A DNA stretch of 64,000 bases from Octopus vulgaris (GCA_951406725.2 OX597819.1:46376001-46440000), one strand, 5' to 3'. Numbered from the stretch's first letter, positions 46,171 to 60,716 are shown. The notes: generated by a model not told the origin, from the sequence alone. Made by a program: numbers and translations.

Positions 46171-46279
46171 ACTATGTTCTTTTATTTGTTTGTTGTTACA
46201 TATTTACTTGTTTATTTTAATATCGATCTAACATTCTAATTCTAATCTTATCTTTCTACCTATATTATATCTATCTATC

Positions 46280-46380
<101 letters not shown>

Positions 46381-46512
46381 GTGTGTATATGAATATATAT
46401 GTACATACATATATATATATATATACATATATATGCGTCTGTATGTATATATATATATATACACATATGTATATATATATATATGTAAATTTATATATAT
46501 ATATATGTATAT

Positions 46513-46575
<63 letters not shown>

Positions 46576-47639
46576 AATTTATATATATATACACACACAA
46601 ACACACACGCACACACATATATACATAATGCATGAGGATATGTATATGCGTGCGTGTTTGTGTGTGTGTGTGTGTGTGTGTGCGTGTGTATAGCAATAGG
46701 TAATTCGAAATATAACATTTAGCTGTGTGTGTGTGTGAACGAAAAGAACGAATTAAAAAAAGGGCAAGGTAAATACAAATATATATAGACAGCTACCTAT
46801 ATCTAGGTACCTAACTTAATAGCTACGTATCTATCTACTCATAGACACACACATACACACATGCATAAACCTCTATACTTTTCTATCTACCTATTTTGAT
46901 ATCTATTGATTCCTCTATCTCTTGTTCGCTAACCAACTATATATCTTTACAACTATCCATATATATCCATCTATCTATCTTTATATCTATCTTACTATCG
47001 CTCAATCATTCCACCTGCCTTTATATGTATCTAACGATCTTTTGTATGTGTCAGCTTATCCTTATATCTAACTACCACATACCTACCCACCTACCAACCT
47101 ACCTACCTACCTACTTACCTACCTACCTACCCACCAGCCTAACTCTTGTTCTTTAATAAATTACCAATTGGTGATCAATAAGATATAATTCAAAAAACGT
47201 CATCCATGCGCAGTGTTCTAATTTCTCTATTTGCTTACGAACGTAAATTTTTTCGCCATTTTTTCTACATCTTTTTCTATGCACTTTTCCAGTTTTTGTT
47301 TTGTCATGCTATTTTCTTCGTTTCTTATTTAGCTGATTCTTTCTTCATCTTCAATTTCTTCTTTTCCACCACCTAGTTTTCGTCCTACATTCATCAATTC
47401 TTATCATTTTTTTCTTTTTTGGTTGAGTATTTTTTTCTTTTTCGACTTCATTTTGCCGATTTTGTTCTAAATTCTATTTTATTTTTCCTTACGTCTATTT
47501 TCTCTGTTGTCTTTTTGTCATCATTCTCGTCCCACATATTTTCGGTTTTTAAATTATTTTTCTAATGCTTCTATTTTTTAATTTTTCACTGCACCTTGTA
47601 TGTGCCTCTGTGTTTACGTATATGTATGTGTTTATACAC

Positions 47640-47680
<41 letters not shown>

Positions 47681-47964
47681 TACGCGCACACACATATAAA
47701 TCTCATAGGGAATTGGAAAGATCGAAATATTTTTGTGATTACTAGTTCCATCTTGTGGTTCTTCTGACTGTGTAATGCTCGGTCAGCTTCTGGCTATATC
47801 AATAAAGCCGGAAATGGCAAAATATGACGCACGCAAGCATACACACATAGACACACACACACACACACATGCGGGCGCATATATACATATGCAACCATGT
47901 ACGAGTCTATGAACAAATGTGCACGTGTGTGTATATGAATGTATGCACACATAGGAATACATTA

Positions 47965-48006
<42 letters not shown>

Positions 48007-48029
48007 GTATGTATGTATATGTGAGTCTG

Positions 48030-48091
<62 letters not shown>

Positions 48092-48803
48092 CATATATAT
48101 ATATATCGGTGCACATAACTGTGCCTGCGTATTTTCGTGTTTGTGTGTCTGTATCTCTTTCGTTTCAGTTTTATCACAATTCACTTTTTCCATAATAATG
48201 TTTTATTACTCATTTATCTAGATCATCGAATACTTTGATTTATCGATTTGGACTAAGACTTCTAACCTATATCTGGGACTCTTTATTCACAATGGAATTT
48301 ACTTCGATTTTTTTTTCTTGTTTCCTTTTATTTTCAAATTTAATAAACTACGAGAAAGCAAAATATAATATTCCTCAGAGAATTTGATGCCAAGTTTTCT
48401 TTTAATCTTTGAGCTTTAAATGCTTTCTCAAGTGAAGGTAAACTGCGAAATAGTTTTTTTTTTTCCTAAGATAGTCATAGGTGGAGCGGCAATGCGTAAG
48501 ATATTTTGCAGACTTTCTAAGACTTATAGAATTGGTGCGGTTGAAATTTTAACTTGGATATCAGTAATCTGATGATTCTGTAAAGGTGTGGGATGGAGAA
48601 TATGGTTGGAGAAGGAAATTAAAGAACGTTATAATAGTTGTTCTGGGGTGGGAGAACTGGACAAAGTGCTAAGAGCTGAAGCATAGTAATTTTTAGAAAA
48701 GGGCGAGAGGAGGAGGAAGAAGAAGAAGAAGAAGAAGAAGAAGAAGAAGAAGAAGAAGAAGAAGAAGAAGAAGAAGAAGAAGAAGAAGAAGAAGAAGAAG
48801 ATT

Positions 48804-48835
<32 letters not shown>

Positions 48836-48893
48836 AAGGAAGATATATTTTGAGAGCTGGAACATGATATAGTAAGGTTGAGAGAAGAAGGTA

Positions 48894-50118
48894 TTAGGTT
48901 GTCAAGAAAGTTCTTGCGGTTTTTAACCATTAAATTCAGATGCACATATCTCGGCTCAAAAAAAAATTTTTTTAATCGAAATAAACACCATCAGAATCAA
49001 CACACTGTTGCCAATGCGAAACAAGTTTATTTATGCCAGTAGCGTAAAAATCCTGCATTCTGGTGGCGATCAAGTCGTTGAAGGCGTGTTTGGCATCGTC
49101 TTGGTTTTTGAAGTATTTCTCATGCAGGAAGTTGTCGAGATGCTTGAAAAAGGGGTAGTTGGTAGGCGAGAGGTCTGGTGAGTATGGCAGATCAGGAAGA
49201 GTTTCAACTTCTGCAGAGTCAGTTATGCGACGTGCAGCCTAGCGTTGTCGTGGAGAAGAATTGGTCCTTTTCTATTGACCAATGCTGGCAGTTGTTGTCG
49301 GAGTTTCTTATGCATTTCATACATTTGTTGACAGTACTTCTCCTCAGTAATGGTTTCGCCTGGATCCAAAAAGCTGAAACCGCCTGCAGATCACCTATCA
49401 GTCACCATGAAATTCTTTTGGTGCAACTTTGGCTTCGGAAATTGCACCAAGTTGCCGGTTGTCTTAAGGAATCCACTTTTCATCGCAAGTCACAATCCGG
49501 TCGAGAAACGGGTCGTTCTTCTTGCGTAAAACAAGGGAAGACGACACTTCAAAACGGCGTTTTTTTTTTTTTTGTCGTTCAATTCGTGCGGCACCCATTT
49601 CTCAAGTATTTTTGTTATTCCAATCTCTTTCAAGTGGTTGGAAACTGTCGTATACGTTACGTCTAATTCAGAAGGAAGCTCTGGAACGGTTGTGCGTGGA
49701 TTGGCTTCCACTAAGGCTGTTAGTTGATCGTTGTCAACACCCGAGGGCCGACCACTACACTTATTATCTTCAAGACTCTCGTCACCGCTACGAAATTTCT
49801 TGAACCACAATTGTGCTGTACGTTCATTAGTGGTTCCTGGGCCAAACGCATCGTTGATATCGCGAGCTGTTTCAGCAGCATTTCGGCCTAGCTTAAGAAA
49901 TTTGTGCGAATTTGCTTTTTGTCCATGTTGTATTCAACGTTCCGGAAAAAAATGACCTAAATATTCGAAAAGAAAAAGAGTAACACGATTAGATGGAGCG
50001 AAAAAGGTACTTTAAAATGATATATAAAGTCAAAGTAATTTAACGCGAAAATTAATTTGAAAATACATCATTTAAAACCAAGATTTAAAATTCCGCAAGA
50101 ACTTTCTTGGCAACCTAA
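48894..50118 (-). mobile_element. Full-length defective mariner (cecropia/Hsmar1-like)
   Basis: TIRs TTAGGTTGTCAAGAAAGTTCTTGCGG / CCGCAAGAACTTTCTTGGCAACCTAA with TA on both sides. Frameshifted transposase at ~48972-49926: MDKKQIR...WFKKFRSGDESLED..SGRPSGVDNDQL...WVPHEL. Confidence 0.95.
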
Positions 50119-50142
50119 TAGAAGCGGAGGAAAAGTACGGGG

Positions 50143-50192
<50 letters not shown>

Positions 50193-50207
50193 CTAGTTGT
50201 TGTTGTT

Positions 50208-50258
<51 letters not shown>

Positions 50259-50447
50259 ATAATAGTAGTAGTAGATGCTTGGTCCCGTCGTCTGCTAGGT
50301 GGTAGGAGTTCGATCCCGTGCTTGTAATATATGTCGTGTAAACACTGAATCGATAACCAGCTTGAGAAGGCTCCTCCTGGGGTTAAAAAACAGTAGTAAC
50401 GTCATTTCCTATAGAAGAGCAATATGGAAGTGACGATAAACATTATT

Positions 50448-50837
50448 TCTCTCTATATAAAGCTGAAGTTGTCTGTGTATGGTAGGTTTGGTAGCCTTCA
50501 ACTAACACTATCTCCTCCGAGACCCTGCGGCGCAAGTTGACCAAAATTGAGAATATGATAGAAGAAACTTGCTCTTTCTTCTGTTGAAGAAAAATTCAAA
50601 TCGGACCATGTTAACATCAAAAATTATTTACATCATAAAGGTGCTTTTTTTCTCTGAAAATCCCTATTTTTTAATGATTTTTTGACTGCTGTGTCGCCAT
50701 TTTTCAGTGTATTTCAACCAGGAAAATGTTCACTTAAAGAGAATAACAAGCCACATAAAGCAACATTTTTACTTTTCAAAAATTCCAATTCTAAAGGGTC
50801 GAAAAAAACCCCGAGCAACGCCGGGCGATACTGCTAG
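50448..50837 (+). mobile_element. Non-autonomous Helitron
   Basis: 5' TC(TC)TATATAAAG; 3' hairpin CCCGAGCAACGCCGGG, then CTAG|T about 8 nt downstream. Confidence 0.8.
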
Positions 50838-52029
50838 TTTCTCAATATAGTTATTACTTTCGTCTCTTACTGAGATTTTCTAACTAGCTACATTGCCTGC
50901 CTACATACATACATACATACATACATACATACATACACATATACATACATACACACATACATACATATACATACATACATACATATACATGCATATACAC
51001 ACATACATGCTTACATACATGCATACATACATACATACATACATACATACATACATACATACATACATACATACATACATACATACATACGTACATACAT
51101 ATACATACATACATATATACATACATATAAATACATACATACTTATATAAATGCATATATACATACGCATTTACTTACGTACGTATATATGCATGCGACG
51201 AGCTTCCACACGGTTTCCGTCTACCAAATTCACTTACAGTTCATTGGTCGACTCGGTGCTATAGTAGAAGTCGCTTGCGTACAGTGGGACTGAACCCGAA
51301 TTTACTTGGCTGCGAAGAGAACTTGTTGACCATACAGCCATTGATGTGTCTATATTGAAATTCAACGAAGAATCTCTTTCTCAACGCGTTTTTCGCTGAA
51401 GAAACACATTTGAACGTCAATATTTCGCACTTGTCAGACCATTTATCCTCATCAGGATTGTGCTGGCTTTTCTTTGTTTTTGCCCGCGTAGAATTGTTCG
51501 AATTTTCAACAATATTTATGTCAGAAAGCAGAAGAAGCTTAGTGTTTGGAAAACTAAACACTATCGAAAAAGCACTAATTTAGTTGGAACTGTCGGAAAA
51601 AATGCTTAAGCGCAGGCTCAGCCTTGCACTCATCAAACCAATGACTACGTAAGGGGCCACGGAGCGATCACGCCTCAGCGCCATGTTGAGTCACAGGGAA
51701 GAGATAGATATGTTGGCAGAATGACTCATCTAGCTGGAGAAGAGCGCTGTTTTCATGAATGTCATCCATCTTGAATACTGGCGTCTTGCATGCACATTTT
51801 AAACTCTCCCAGGGGTTCTTATCCATCAGCTAAAATGTGAACCGTAAGAGAGTCTCATGACTAATACGGCACTTTTATCTCGTATGTAACAATACATTTT
51901 AAGTATAATAATATGTTGCCTATGAGATTCCACCTTAACACTATAGGAGTGCCTTTATCTGTACGCTTCCCTTTCTCTTTCCCTTTCTCTCACTATATGT
52001 ATTATATTATATTATATTATATTATATAT

Positions 52030-52370
52030 CGTGCCACTCCGTCGGTTACGACGACGAGGGTTCCAGTTAATCCGGCCAACGGAACAGCCTGCTCGTGAAA
52101 TTAACGTGCAAGTGGCTGAGCACTCCACAGACACGTGTACCCGTGGGGGAGATTCAGCGTGACACAGAGTGACAAGGCCGGCCCTTTTAAATAATGGTGC
52201 AATAGAAACACGTAGAGAAAGTTGTGGTAGAAGAGTACAGCAGGGTAATCCACCCCCACCCCCTGCCAGAGCTTCGTGGAGCTTAGGTGTTTTAGGTCAA
52301 TAAGCACTCACAACGCCCTGTCTGGGAATCAAAGCCGCGAGTCCTAGCCACTGGGCCATTGAGCCTCCAC
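52030..52370 (-). mobile_element. SINE family D
   Basis: Shares GAGAAAGTTGTGG..AGAGTACAG..CGTGGAGCTTA..CACTCACAA..GTCTGGGAATC..GGGCCATTG with the 31770 copy. Confidence 0.8.
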
Positions 52371-52382
52371 ATATAGTATATA

Positions 52383-52704
52383 TTCTCTTATTCTTTTATT
52401 TGTTTCAATCAACTGAAGCACCGTCTTTTAGTCGAATAAATTTACCCCAGGACTTATTCTTTTTAAGCCTGGTGCTTATTCTATTGGTTCTCTTCTGCCG
52501 AACTGCTAAGTTACGGTGACGTAAACACACCAACATCGGTTGTCAAGCGATAGTGAGGCGACAAATACAGACAGAAACAAACACACATAAATATATACAT
52601 ATATATACGACGGGCTTGTTTCGGTTTCCGTCTACCAAATCCACTCACAAGGCTATAGTAAAAGGCACTTGCCCAAGGTGCCACGCTGTGGGACTGAACC
52701 CAGA

Positions 52705-52707
<3 letters not shown>
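52383..52707 (-). mobile_element. SINE family B
   Basis: CCCCAGGACTTATTC...TTTCCGTCTACCAAATCCACTCACAAGG...CACTTGCCCAAGGTGCCACG. Confidence 0.85.
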
Positions 52708-52741
<34 letters not shown>

Positions 52742-52744
<3 letters not shown>

Positions 52745-53733
52745 AAAGTTTCACAGGCAATACAGAACCCTGAAGACACTAAGCACCTGCAATGTGAGCT
52801 GGACGAAATATACAAGTGGGCTGAAAAGAATAGCATGCAGTTCAATGCTGAAAAGTTTCAAGCTTTATACTATCAGCATGCAAAACTGAATGCAACACCC
52901 AATGAATACACTGGACCCGGAGGGATTGCAATCCCAGAGGCACAATCAGTGCGTGACCTGGGTATTCACATGAGTGATGACGCGACCTTTCATGTACATG
53001 TTGCTAAACTGGCAATAAAATGTAGACGGCTGGCTGGATGGATTCTCAGAACCTTTAGAACAAGAGAACAAGAAACCATGATGGTCCTCTGGAGGACACG
53101 TGTCCTAAGCCACTTTGACTATTGCTCTCAGTTATGGTCACCATCTAGTGTCAAGTTGATCACAGAGCTCGAGGCGATCCAGCGTAGCTACACGAAGAAG
53201 ATAGCCTCTATGCAGAATGTAAGCTACTGGGAAAGACTCAAGAGATTAAAACTATATTCCTTGGAGCGTAGGCGGGAAAGATATGCCATAATATACATCT
53301 GGAAGATCCTGGAGGGACGTGTCCCAAACTTTGGCATCGAGAGTTACACAAATGCCAGAACTGGGCGCCACTGCGTGGTGCCTAGGACTCCAAATTTGCC
53401 ATCAAGATGTAGGACAAGATACTGTGATAGCCTGGGCTTCCGTGGCCCACAGCTCTTCAATATCCTCCCGAAGAACCTGAGAGACCTACATAGGGTGGAT
53501 GCAGATGTCTTTAAAATGGAACTGGATCTCTTCCTGTCAGGTGTCCCAGATGAACCAACTTCACGGCAGGAGGTGCAGATGAGGGCAGCTGCATCGAACT
53601 CTCTCATGCACCAAATGGCAGTTGCTAAAAAGCTTTCGTGAAGTAAAACCAAGTAGCAACACCAAATGGCGGTGCCCCAGCATGGCCACAGCTCATGAGC
53701 TGAAACTAGAATCAATCAATCAATCAATCAATC
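52742..53733 (+). mobile_element. 5'-truncated CR1-clade LINE; open RT C-terminal ORF (52742-53641) + 3' UTR + (AATC)n
   Basis: About 300 uninterrupted codons starting just after the catalytic DD: TKVS..LQCELDEIYKWAEKNSMQFNAEKF..RDLGI..FDYCSQLWSP..LEAIQRSYTK..YSLERRRERY..GPQLFNILP..VPDEP..AASNSL. (TA)n on both sides. Confidence 0.92.
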
Positions 53734-53746
53734 ATATATATATATA

Positions 53747-53960
53747 CAGGGTTGGCCAAAATTCACCTGACAGTAAATGAAAACCATTTAATTGCAAGAT
53801 TAAAACAAAAAATAATTTTATGAGACTTCGCCAAGAAATAGAGACAAATATTGATTTTTTTCAACTATTAAACATTCATAACCAGAATGAATGAATAAAA
53901 TTGAATATTAAGTTTATATGGAATTTTGATTCACTGTCGGATGACATTTGGTAAACCCTG
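53747..53960. mobile_element. Tc1/mariner-type MITE
   Basis: Imperfect TIRs CAGGGTTGGCCAAAATTCACCTGACAGT / ACTGTCGGATGACATTTGGTAAACCCTG with TA flanks. Confidence 0.8.
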
Positions 53961-53982
53961 TATTATATTGTACTTGTCCTTA

Positions 53983-54167
53983 TGGCGGCGAACTGACAGA
54001 AGCGTAGGAAAAATGCTCAGCAACCATTCGTCCGTCTTTATGTTCTGAGTTTGCCGTTCGTCCCTTTCGGGCTCAGTAAGATAACCATCAGTTGAGCACT
54101 GGTTTCAATGAAATTGACTAGACCCCTCCTCTGAACTTGCCGGCCATGTACCAAAATTCGAAACCAA
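53983..54167 (+). mobile_element. Diverged SINE family A
   Basis: GGCGGCGAACTGACAGAAGCGTAG...GTTCTGAGTT...CCCTTTCGGG. Confidence 0.65.
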
Positions 54168-54199
54168 CATATATCTTATATTATTTTATATTATATTAT

Positions 54200-54783
54200 G
54201 TGTGGCATTTATGTATAATAATGCCATCAATATATAAATTGATGCATTTTCCCTTATGAGGTTTTTCACGCTAACTTCTTGATAAATTCTTATAAAGATT
54301 TAATCCTATTTTTAAATTTGTAAATTTAACCGAGTATATTCACTGCTGAATTTTATTCTGAATAAACACGTTGTACCAAGATGCAATTCGAAAAAGCCCG
54401 CCTATATGCTACGCTGGATACATTGGGTGTTCGTCTGGTATGTTGATTTTTGTTCTTTTTTTTATATATTTTGAATTATGCTTGCATTGAGGATTAAAAA
54501 GTGGATTTGTGCGCTAATTATGAAATCATATGATATGCAGCTGAATTCTGTTTTTAAAATGCTCGCTTCGAGAGTTGCATTCCCTCGTATTCAGTACAAC
54601 ATGTTTATTTATTTTGGTAGTTTTGACTTTAAGAGTCCCTCCTGGCGTGTGGCATTTATGTATAGAAATGCCCCAAAATAAGTAAATATATTTAAGAGGA
54701 AAAATCGATGGATTTTCCCTTATGAGTTTTTTCACGCTAACTACTTGATAAATTCTTATAAAGTTTTTATCCTATTTTTAAAT

Positions 54784-54785
<2 letters not shown>
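54200..54785. repeat. Element with ~120-140 bp terminal direct repeats
   Basis: GTGTGGCATTTATGTATA...TTTTCCCTTATGAG..TTTTCACGCTAACT..CTTGATAAATTCTTATAAAG..CCTATTTTTAAATT occurs at 54200-54318 and 54647-54785. Confidence 0.8.
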
Positions 54786-54880
<95 letters not shown>

Positions 54881-54914
54881 TGTATGTATATATGTATGTA
54901 AGCATGTATGTATG

Positions 54915-55048
54915 AATTTCCCTTCTTTGGATCTTTCTTTTTCCTATGTTTCTGGCGAAGAGCTCCGCTCGAAACGTTGAACCCTCCTTCTTTCCTTCTT
55001 TCCTGAGCGTCCAATGATACTATACTTGTTCCACGTCTTCGCGTTGCT
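54915..55048 (+). mobile_element. Hammerhead-motif element, family H2
   Basis: GTTT-CTGGCGA-A-GAGC(TCC)GCTC-GAAAC-GTT-GAAC at 54948-54982; homologous to 61234-61437. Confidence 0.72.
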
Positions 55049-55138
<90 letters not shown>

Positions 55139-55719
55139 CATATGAAGAGAACTTGTGTTAAAAGTGATAACTGAGAGTTACCAATGGCATGAATTTGAAC
55201 AAGATGAATAAGCATATATAAAAATATATTCATACATATACAAATATGTACGGAGATATATACATACATAAATACATACATACATACATACATACATGCA
55301 GACAGACAGACAGACAGACAGACATACATAACACGTACTTACATACGTACATACATAACAGTTGTGATACGTATGGGTATCTTCCTATTCGTGTTAATGT
55401 ATAACCTTCTGATACATTTATATCCAGGGATAGAATTATACATTAACACGCATATAGGAATATATAAAATTATATATAGGTATGCATAGATGCGTGCCTG
55501 GAGCGAGAGAAATTGACGAGAGAATAAAGGATGTATGCACACCGACACACACCCACACGCACAAACACACACACACACACACTTTATAGATTACATTATA
55601 TATTTGCATATATACAGATACATGAATACATGTATTTATATATAGATATATATACTGAGAAATTTCGGAAAATCTTATTTCTTCATTATTATTAACACTT
55701 TCGTCCGTTTCTCAAACTT

Positions 55720-55929
<210 letters not shown>

Positions 55930-56440
55930 AACACAGACACACACACTCATAGACTTCTCTTCATATCACCGTTCACCTATCGGAATTTATTATTTAAGCT
56001 TACGTCAATTCGTTCGTGGTGTTGTTTTACATTTATAATAAAATAAATATATACAAATTATAAAAATAACAAAAATAATATATACACTACAGTACTATTT
56101 CTGCTTCGCGAAATTTCCCCTATCGTGTGCAGTTTTGGAATGTAACACCCGCGATAGTCGAGGGATTACTCTAAAGATATATATATATATATATACATGT
56201 CTATGTGCACCGGAATCGGTACATATGAAAATTACGGCACAGCAAGTTGCTATGCAGATGTGAAAAGAGTACACCGATGAAACCCGATCCCCTGCCCTTC
56301 CACACTCACATACGTGCGCATACACAGACACATCAAACTTCGTCATCGTAGACTAACAATGCCCTACTCTCTCACCTCTCGCTCTCTCTCTCTGTTTCTT
56401 CTCTCCCTCTTTTTCCTCTTCCCCTTTTTCTCTGTCTCTG

Positions 56441-56484
<44 letters not shown>

Positions 56485-57464
56485 TGTTTCTTTTTCCTTT
56501 TATCCCTCCCCAACCAAATATGGCATAGATCGAAGCACTATTAACAAAAGAACGTCAATGCACCTTATCCCAGAAACGCACGTATGCACACATGTCTATA
56601 TACATACTTGCACACATCACACACACACACACACACATGCATACCTGCGCATGCACAATGTTAGTTGCACCCCACCCTCACGCAGATACACCGTAACACC
56701 CAACCACTACCACCACCACCACCGACCGCCACCGCTACCTCCATCACCTCCACCACCACCACCACTACCTCCACCACAACCATTTCTACCACCACCACCT
56801 CGACCGCAACCATCTCTAACACCACCACCACAACCCCCACCATCTCTACCACCATCGCCACCACCACTTCCTCTACCTCCACCACCACCACCACCAGACA
56901 TGCCAAACAAGACAAATCGAAGCTGCACAGGACAAAAGAACTAAAATACGCATCTTTATTCATACATGTACATCGTGACACACTGACATACTAACACACG
57001 CACACACACATACACACACACACACACACATACACACACACTTATACACATTGACATACTAACACACTAAAACGCGTGCACATTACCCTTGCATGTAGAC
57101 ACACACACGCGGAGCCTAACTGATGCACACATACACACACAAACATCATATTTCCTCCACAACCACCAAAAGTGATTTGGCGCCATTTAGCTTCCTTAAA
57201 AAAATGCACACAATTCTCTCTTTCTCTCCCTGTCTCTCTCTATCTCTCTCTTTCTCTTTCTCATACACTCACACTCATACAAGCACTTATTCACACCGAC
57301 ACTTATGCACTCACTCACACTCATACACCCAAGCATATGAACATAACATCACATTTCCCCCCACAACCAATGAAAGTGGTTTGGCGCCATTCAGTTCCCT
57401 TAAAACATTTACATACAAACACACTCATACATTCACACACTCTCTCTCTATATCTATCAATCTC

Positions 57465-57498
<34 letters not shown>

Positions 57499-57749
57499 AC
57501 ACATACACATACACATGCTCACAAACACACAGAAGTACGCACACACACATGCTCACAAACACACACACACACACACAGACCGACAACAAAATGAATAAAT
57601 AAACAAATGTACCGTCTTTGCCAGTTTCCTTTCTTCATGTTGCTAGTTAGAACCAAATCAACAGTCGTTCAATATATCAACTGCTTAAAGGTGTGATTGA
57701 CGCATTCAAACAGAATGTAACATAATGCACGGAAGAACAATTAAAAAAC

Positions 57750-57765
57750 GAAACCATCATCATCA

Positions 57766-57836
<71 letters not shown>

Positions 57837-57885
57837 ATTATTATTATCATTATTATTATTTTTATAATCATTATTATTATTATTG

Positions 57886-57949
<64 letters not shown>

Positions 57950-57954
57950 CGTTG

Positions 57955-57985
<31 letters not shown>

Positions 57986-58038
57986 TATTATTATTATTAT
58001 TATTATTTTTATTATCATTATTATTATTGTTGTTGTTG

Positions 58039-58069
<31 letters not shown>

Positions 58070-58214
58070 CACCATTATTATTATTATTATTATTATTATT
58101 ATCTTTATGATTATTATTTTTGTTGTCGTTGTTGTTGTTGCTGTATCCCTCATCCTTCGCCCTGGTGGCAAATAAATGAAATCATTTTTATTATTATTAC
58201 TACTATTATTATTA

Positions 58215-58303
<89 letters not shown>

Positions 58304-59777
58304 GTTATTGTTTGTCTGTGTGATTTTGTAATAACGTTTATAGTATGCTCTTTAAAACTGCATCTATCGACAGAACTGTTAAAGAAGAACAGCGAAGATA
58401 GAGATGTTCTCGTGGTGGTGTCGGTGATGGCGTTAGCGCAGTAGTATTACTAGTATTTGCGGCAGTATTGGTGGTGTTGGTTATGTTGCGGAAGGTATAC
58501 TGTTTTGCTGAAGTAATGGTTGTGCTGGGCGTAGTGGTGGTGGGGTTCAGGAATTTGGCAGTGGCAGTTCTGGTAGTGGCAGTAGTAGTATTAGTGGTAG
58601 TGTTAGCACTAGTGGTTTAGATGGCAGTAGTGGTACTATTATTAATAATGGTGGTGGTTTTAGTAGTAGTGGTGGTAGTATTAACGGTGGGGGTAATTGT
58701 AGTGGCGGTGAGTTCCGGTGTGGGGGGTGGCAGTGACGGTGGTTTGCTAGTTGATAGTATTTGTGTTAGTGGTGGTTGTCGTAGAGTTTAGTGTTGGTCA
58801 TGGGGAGGCGGTGGTGGTGGCGGTTGCAGTGGCGGCGGTGACAGTGGTGCAGTGTTGGTGGTAGTGGTGGAGGTGACGGGAATAGGGTGTGTGGTAATGG
58901 GATGTGGTGGTAATGGAAGTTATACCGGGGTTGGTAATAGGTGGTAGTGGTGGAGGTGGTGGTGGTGGTGGTGGTAATGGTGATAGTGGTAGTGCTGATG
59001 GTAATGGTGGTGGTGGTGCCAGTAATAGTGGTGGTGGTATAGTAGTGGTGGTAGTTGTGTGGTGTAAGTAATCCATTACTTACACCACACACACCACACG
59101 ACTACCACCCCTATCACTACCATTACCGGCGCCACCACCCCCACCACCATAACCATGGTTGTAAGGGGGCGGTGCTGGGGTAGTAATAGGCGTTGGTAGT
59201 AATGGTGGTGGTGGTGGTTGTGGTGGTGGTGGTGGTGGTGGTGGAGGTGGTAGTGGTGGTGGTGGTGGTGGTGGTGGTGGTGGTGGTGGTGGTGGTGGTG
59301 GTGGTGGTGGTGGTGGTGGAGGCGGCGACGGCGTCGGCGTCGGCGGCGGCCGTCGTCGTCGTCATTTCCGAAATGAGGCAGATAGTGATTATCATGCTGG
59401 TAATAGTTATTAATGAGAACGTTGATGATGTTGGTGCTGTTGGCGATGATGGTGATGGTGGTGATAGTGGTGATGGTTGTTGCATCGGTGGTGGTGGTGT
59501 TGGTGTTAGTGTTGGTGGTTGGCACGACCGTGATGTTGATGGTGGATGTGATGGTTGTAGCTGAATGTATTTATGATAGCGTTCCTGTTTGTGGTGGTGG
59601 TCATGGTATTGCTGTTGTTGGTGTTCCTCTATTTCTCTGTGTATTTTACTTTTCCAAATACTAGCTTTTTTCTTTGCTTCGTGATTTTAATCAAATTTGT
59701 GATTATTCTTTGACATCCTTATATTTTTGCTCTCTTCCACCATCTCCTCCCCTTCCTCATCATCATCGTCGTCGTCG

Positions 59778-59822
<45 letters not shown>

Positions 59823-60300
59823 ACATAAATATCATCAGCATTATCCTTACCATCGCTGTCATGTTCATTATCCTCCTCCTCGTCGTAATCGTAATCTTAA
59901 TCATCTTAACCATCATCATCATCATCATCATCATCGTCATCATCATCAACATCATCATCATCATCATCATCGTCATCCTCATCGTCATCATCGTCGTCGT
60001 CGTCGTCGTCGTCGTCATTATCCTCACCGTCACCACCACTACAAGCACGAAAGCCACTGCCGCCACTATCATCGGCACTACCACCGCCACCCTACCATCA
60101 TCCCACCGCCACCAGCACCTTCATCACAGTAACCGGCATCGTCATCATCATCATCATCATCATCATCATCGTTATCACCACCTACAGCACTGCCGTCATC
60201 ATCGTCATCATCATCATCAACAACATCAACATCTCCACCCCTATCATCACTACCATCATCGTCTCCAGCGTCATCGGCATCACCTTCAACAGCAACATCA
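57750..60300. repeat. (TTA)n, (GGT)n, (CAT)n trinucleotide block
   Basis: Direct reading. Confidence 0.92.
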
Positions 60301-60492
60301 GCATCTTTCCGACATTCCTTTTTACCTTTTGTTTATCTTACAACAGACAAGCGAATAACGGTGGTATGTGATGCGTATGCATAACTTTAATCGTTTCCTT
60401 ACGTATTATTGTCATACAAACCCCCTAAAAAAAATCTAACCAAGGAGCTTCTATATCTTTTCCAAGTGACTTGATCTGCTAGAAACAGCAGC

Positions 60493-60716
60493 AAGCTGGC
60501 AGCAACGTTAGCACTCCTGGCGAAATGCCTAGCGGTATATCATCTCTGCCATTACGTTCTGAGTTCAAATTCCAAGGTCGACTTTGCCTTTCATCCTTTC
60601 GGTGTCGATAAATTAAGTACCAGTTACGCACTGGAGTCGATGTAATCGACTTAAACCGTTTGTCTGCCCTTGTTTGTCCCCCCTGTGTGTAGCTCCTTGT
60701 GGGCTGTAAAGAAATA
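60493..60716 (+). mobile_element. SINE family A with 12-bp TSD
   Basis: The flanks are AGAAACAGCAGC (60481-92) and AGAAACGGCAGC (60717-28). Confidence 0.9.

Noticed and set aside
52553-52741. N-terminal part of the 362-aa ORF
   Set aside because: It is read-through from an antisense SINE B and a (TA)n tract; genuine LINE coding starts at ~52742.
57640-57700. Additional exon candidates (also 34938-34961, 40129, 27946)
   Set aside because: The splice sites are weak, or the length or frame is unfavourable; they cannot be distinguished from chance.
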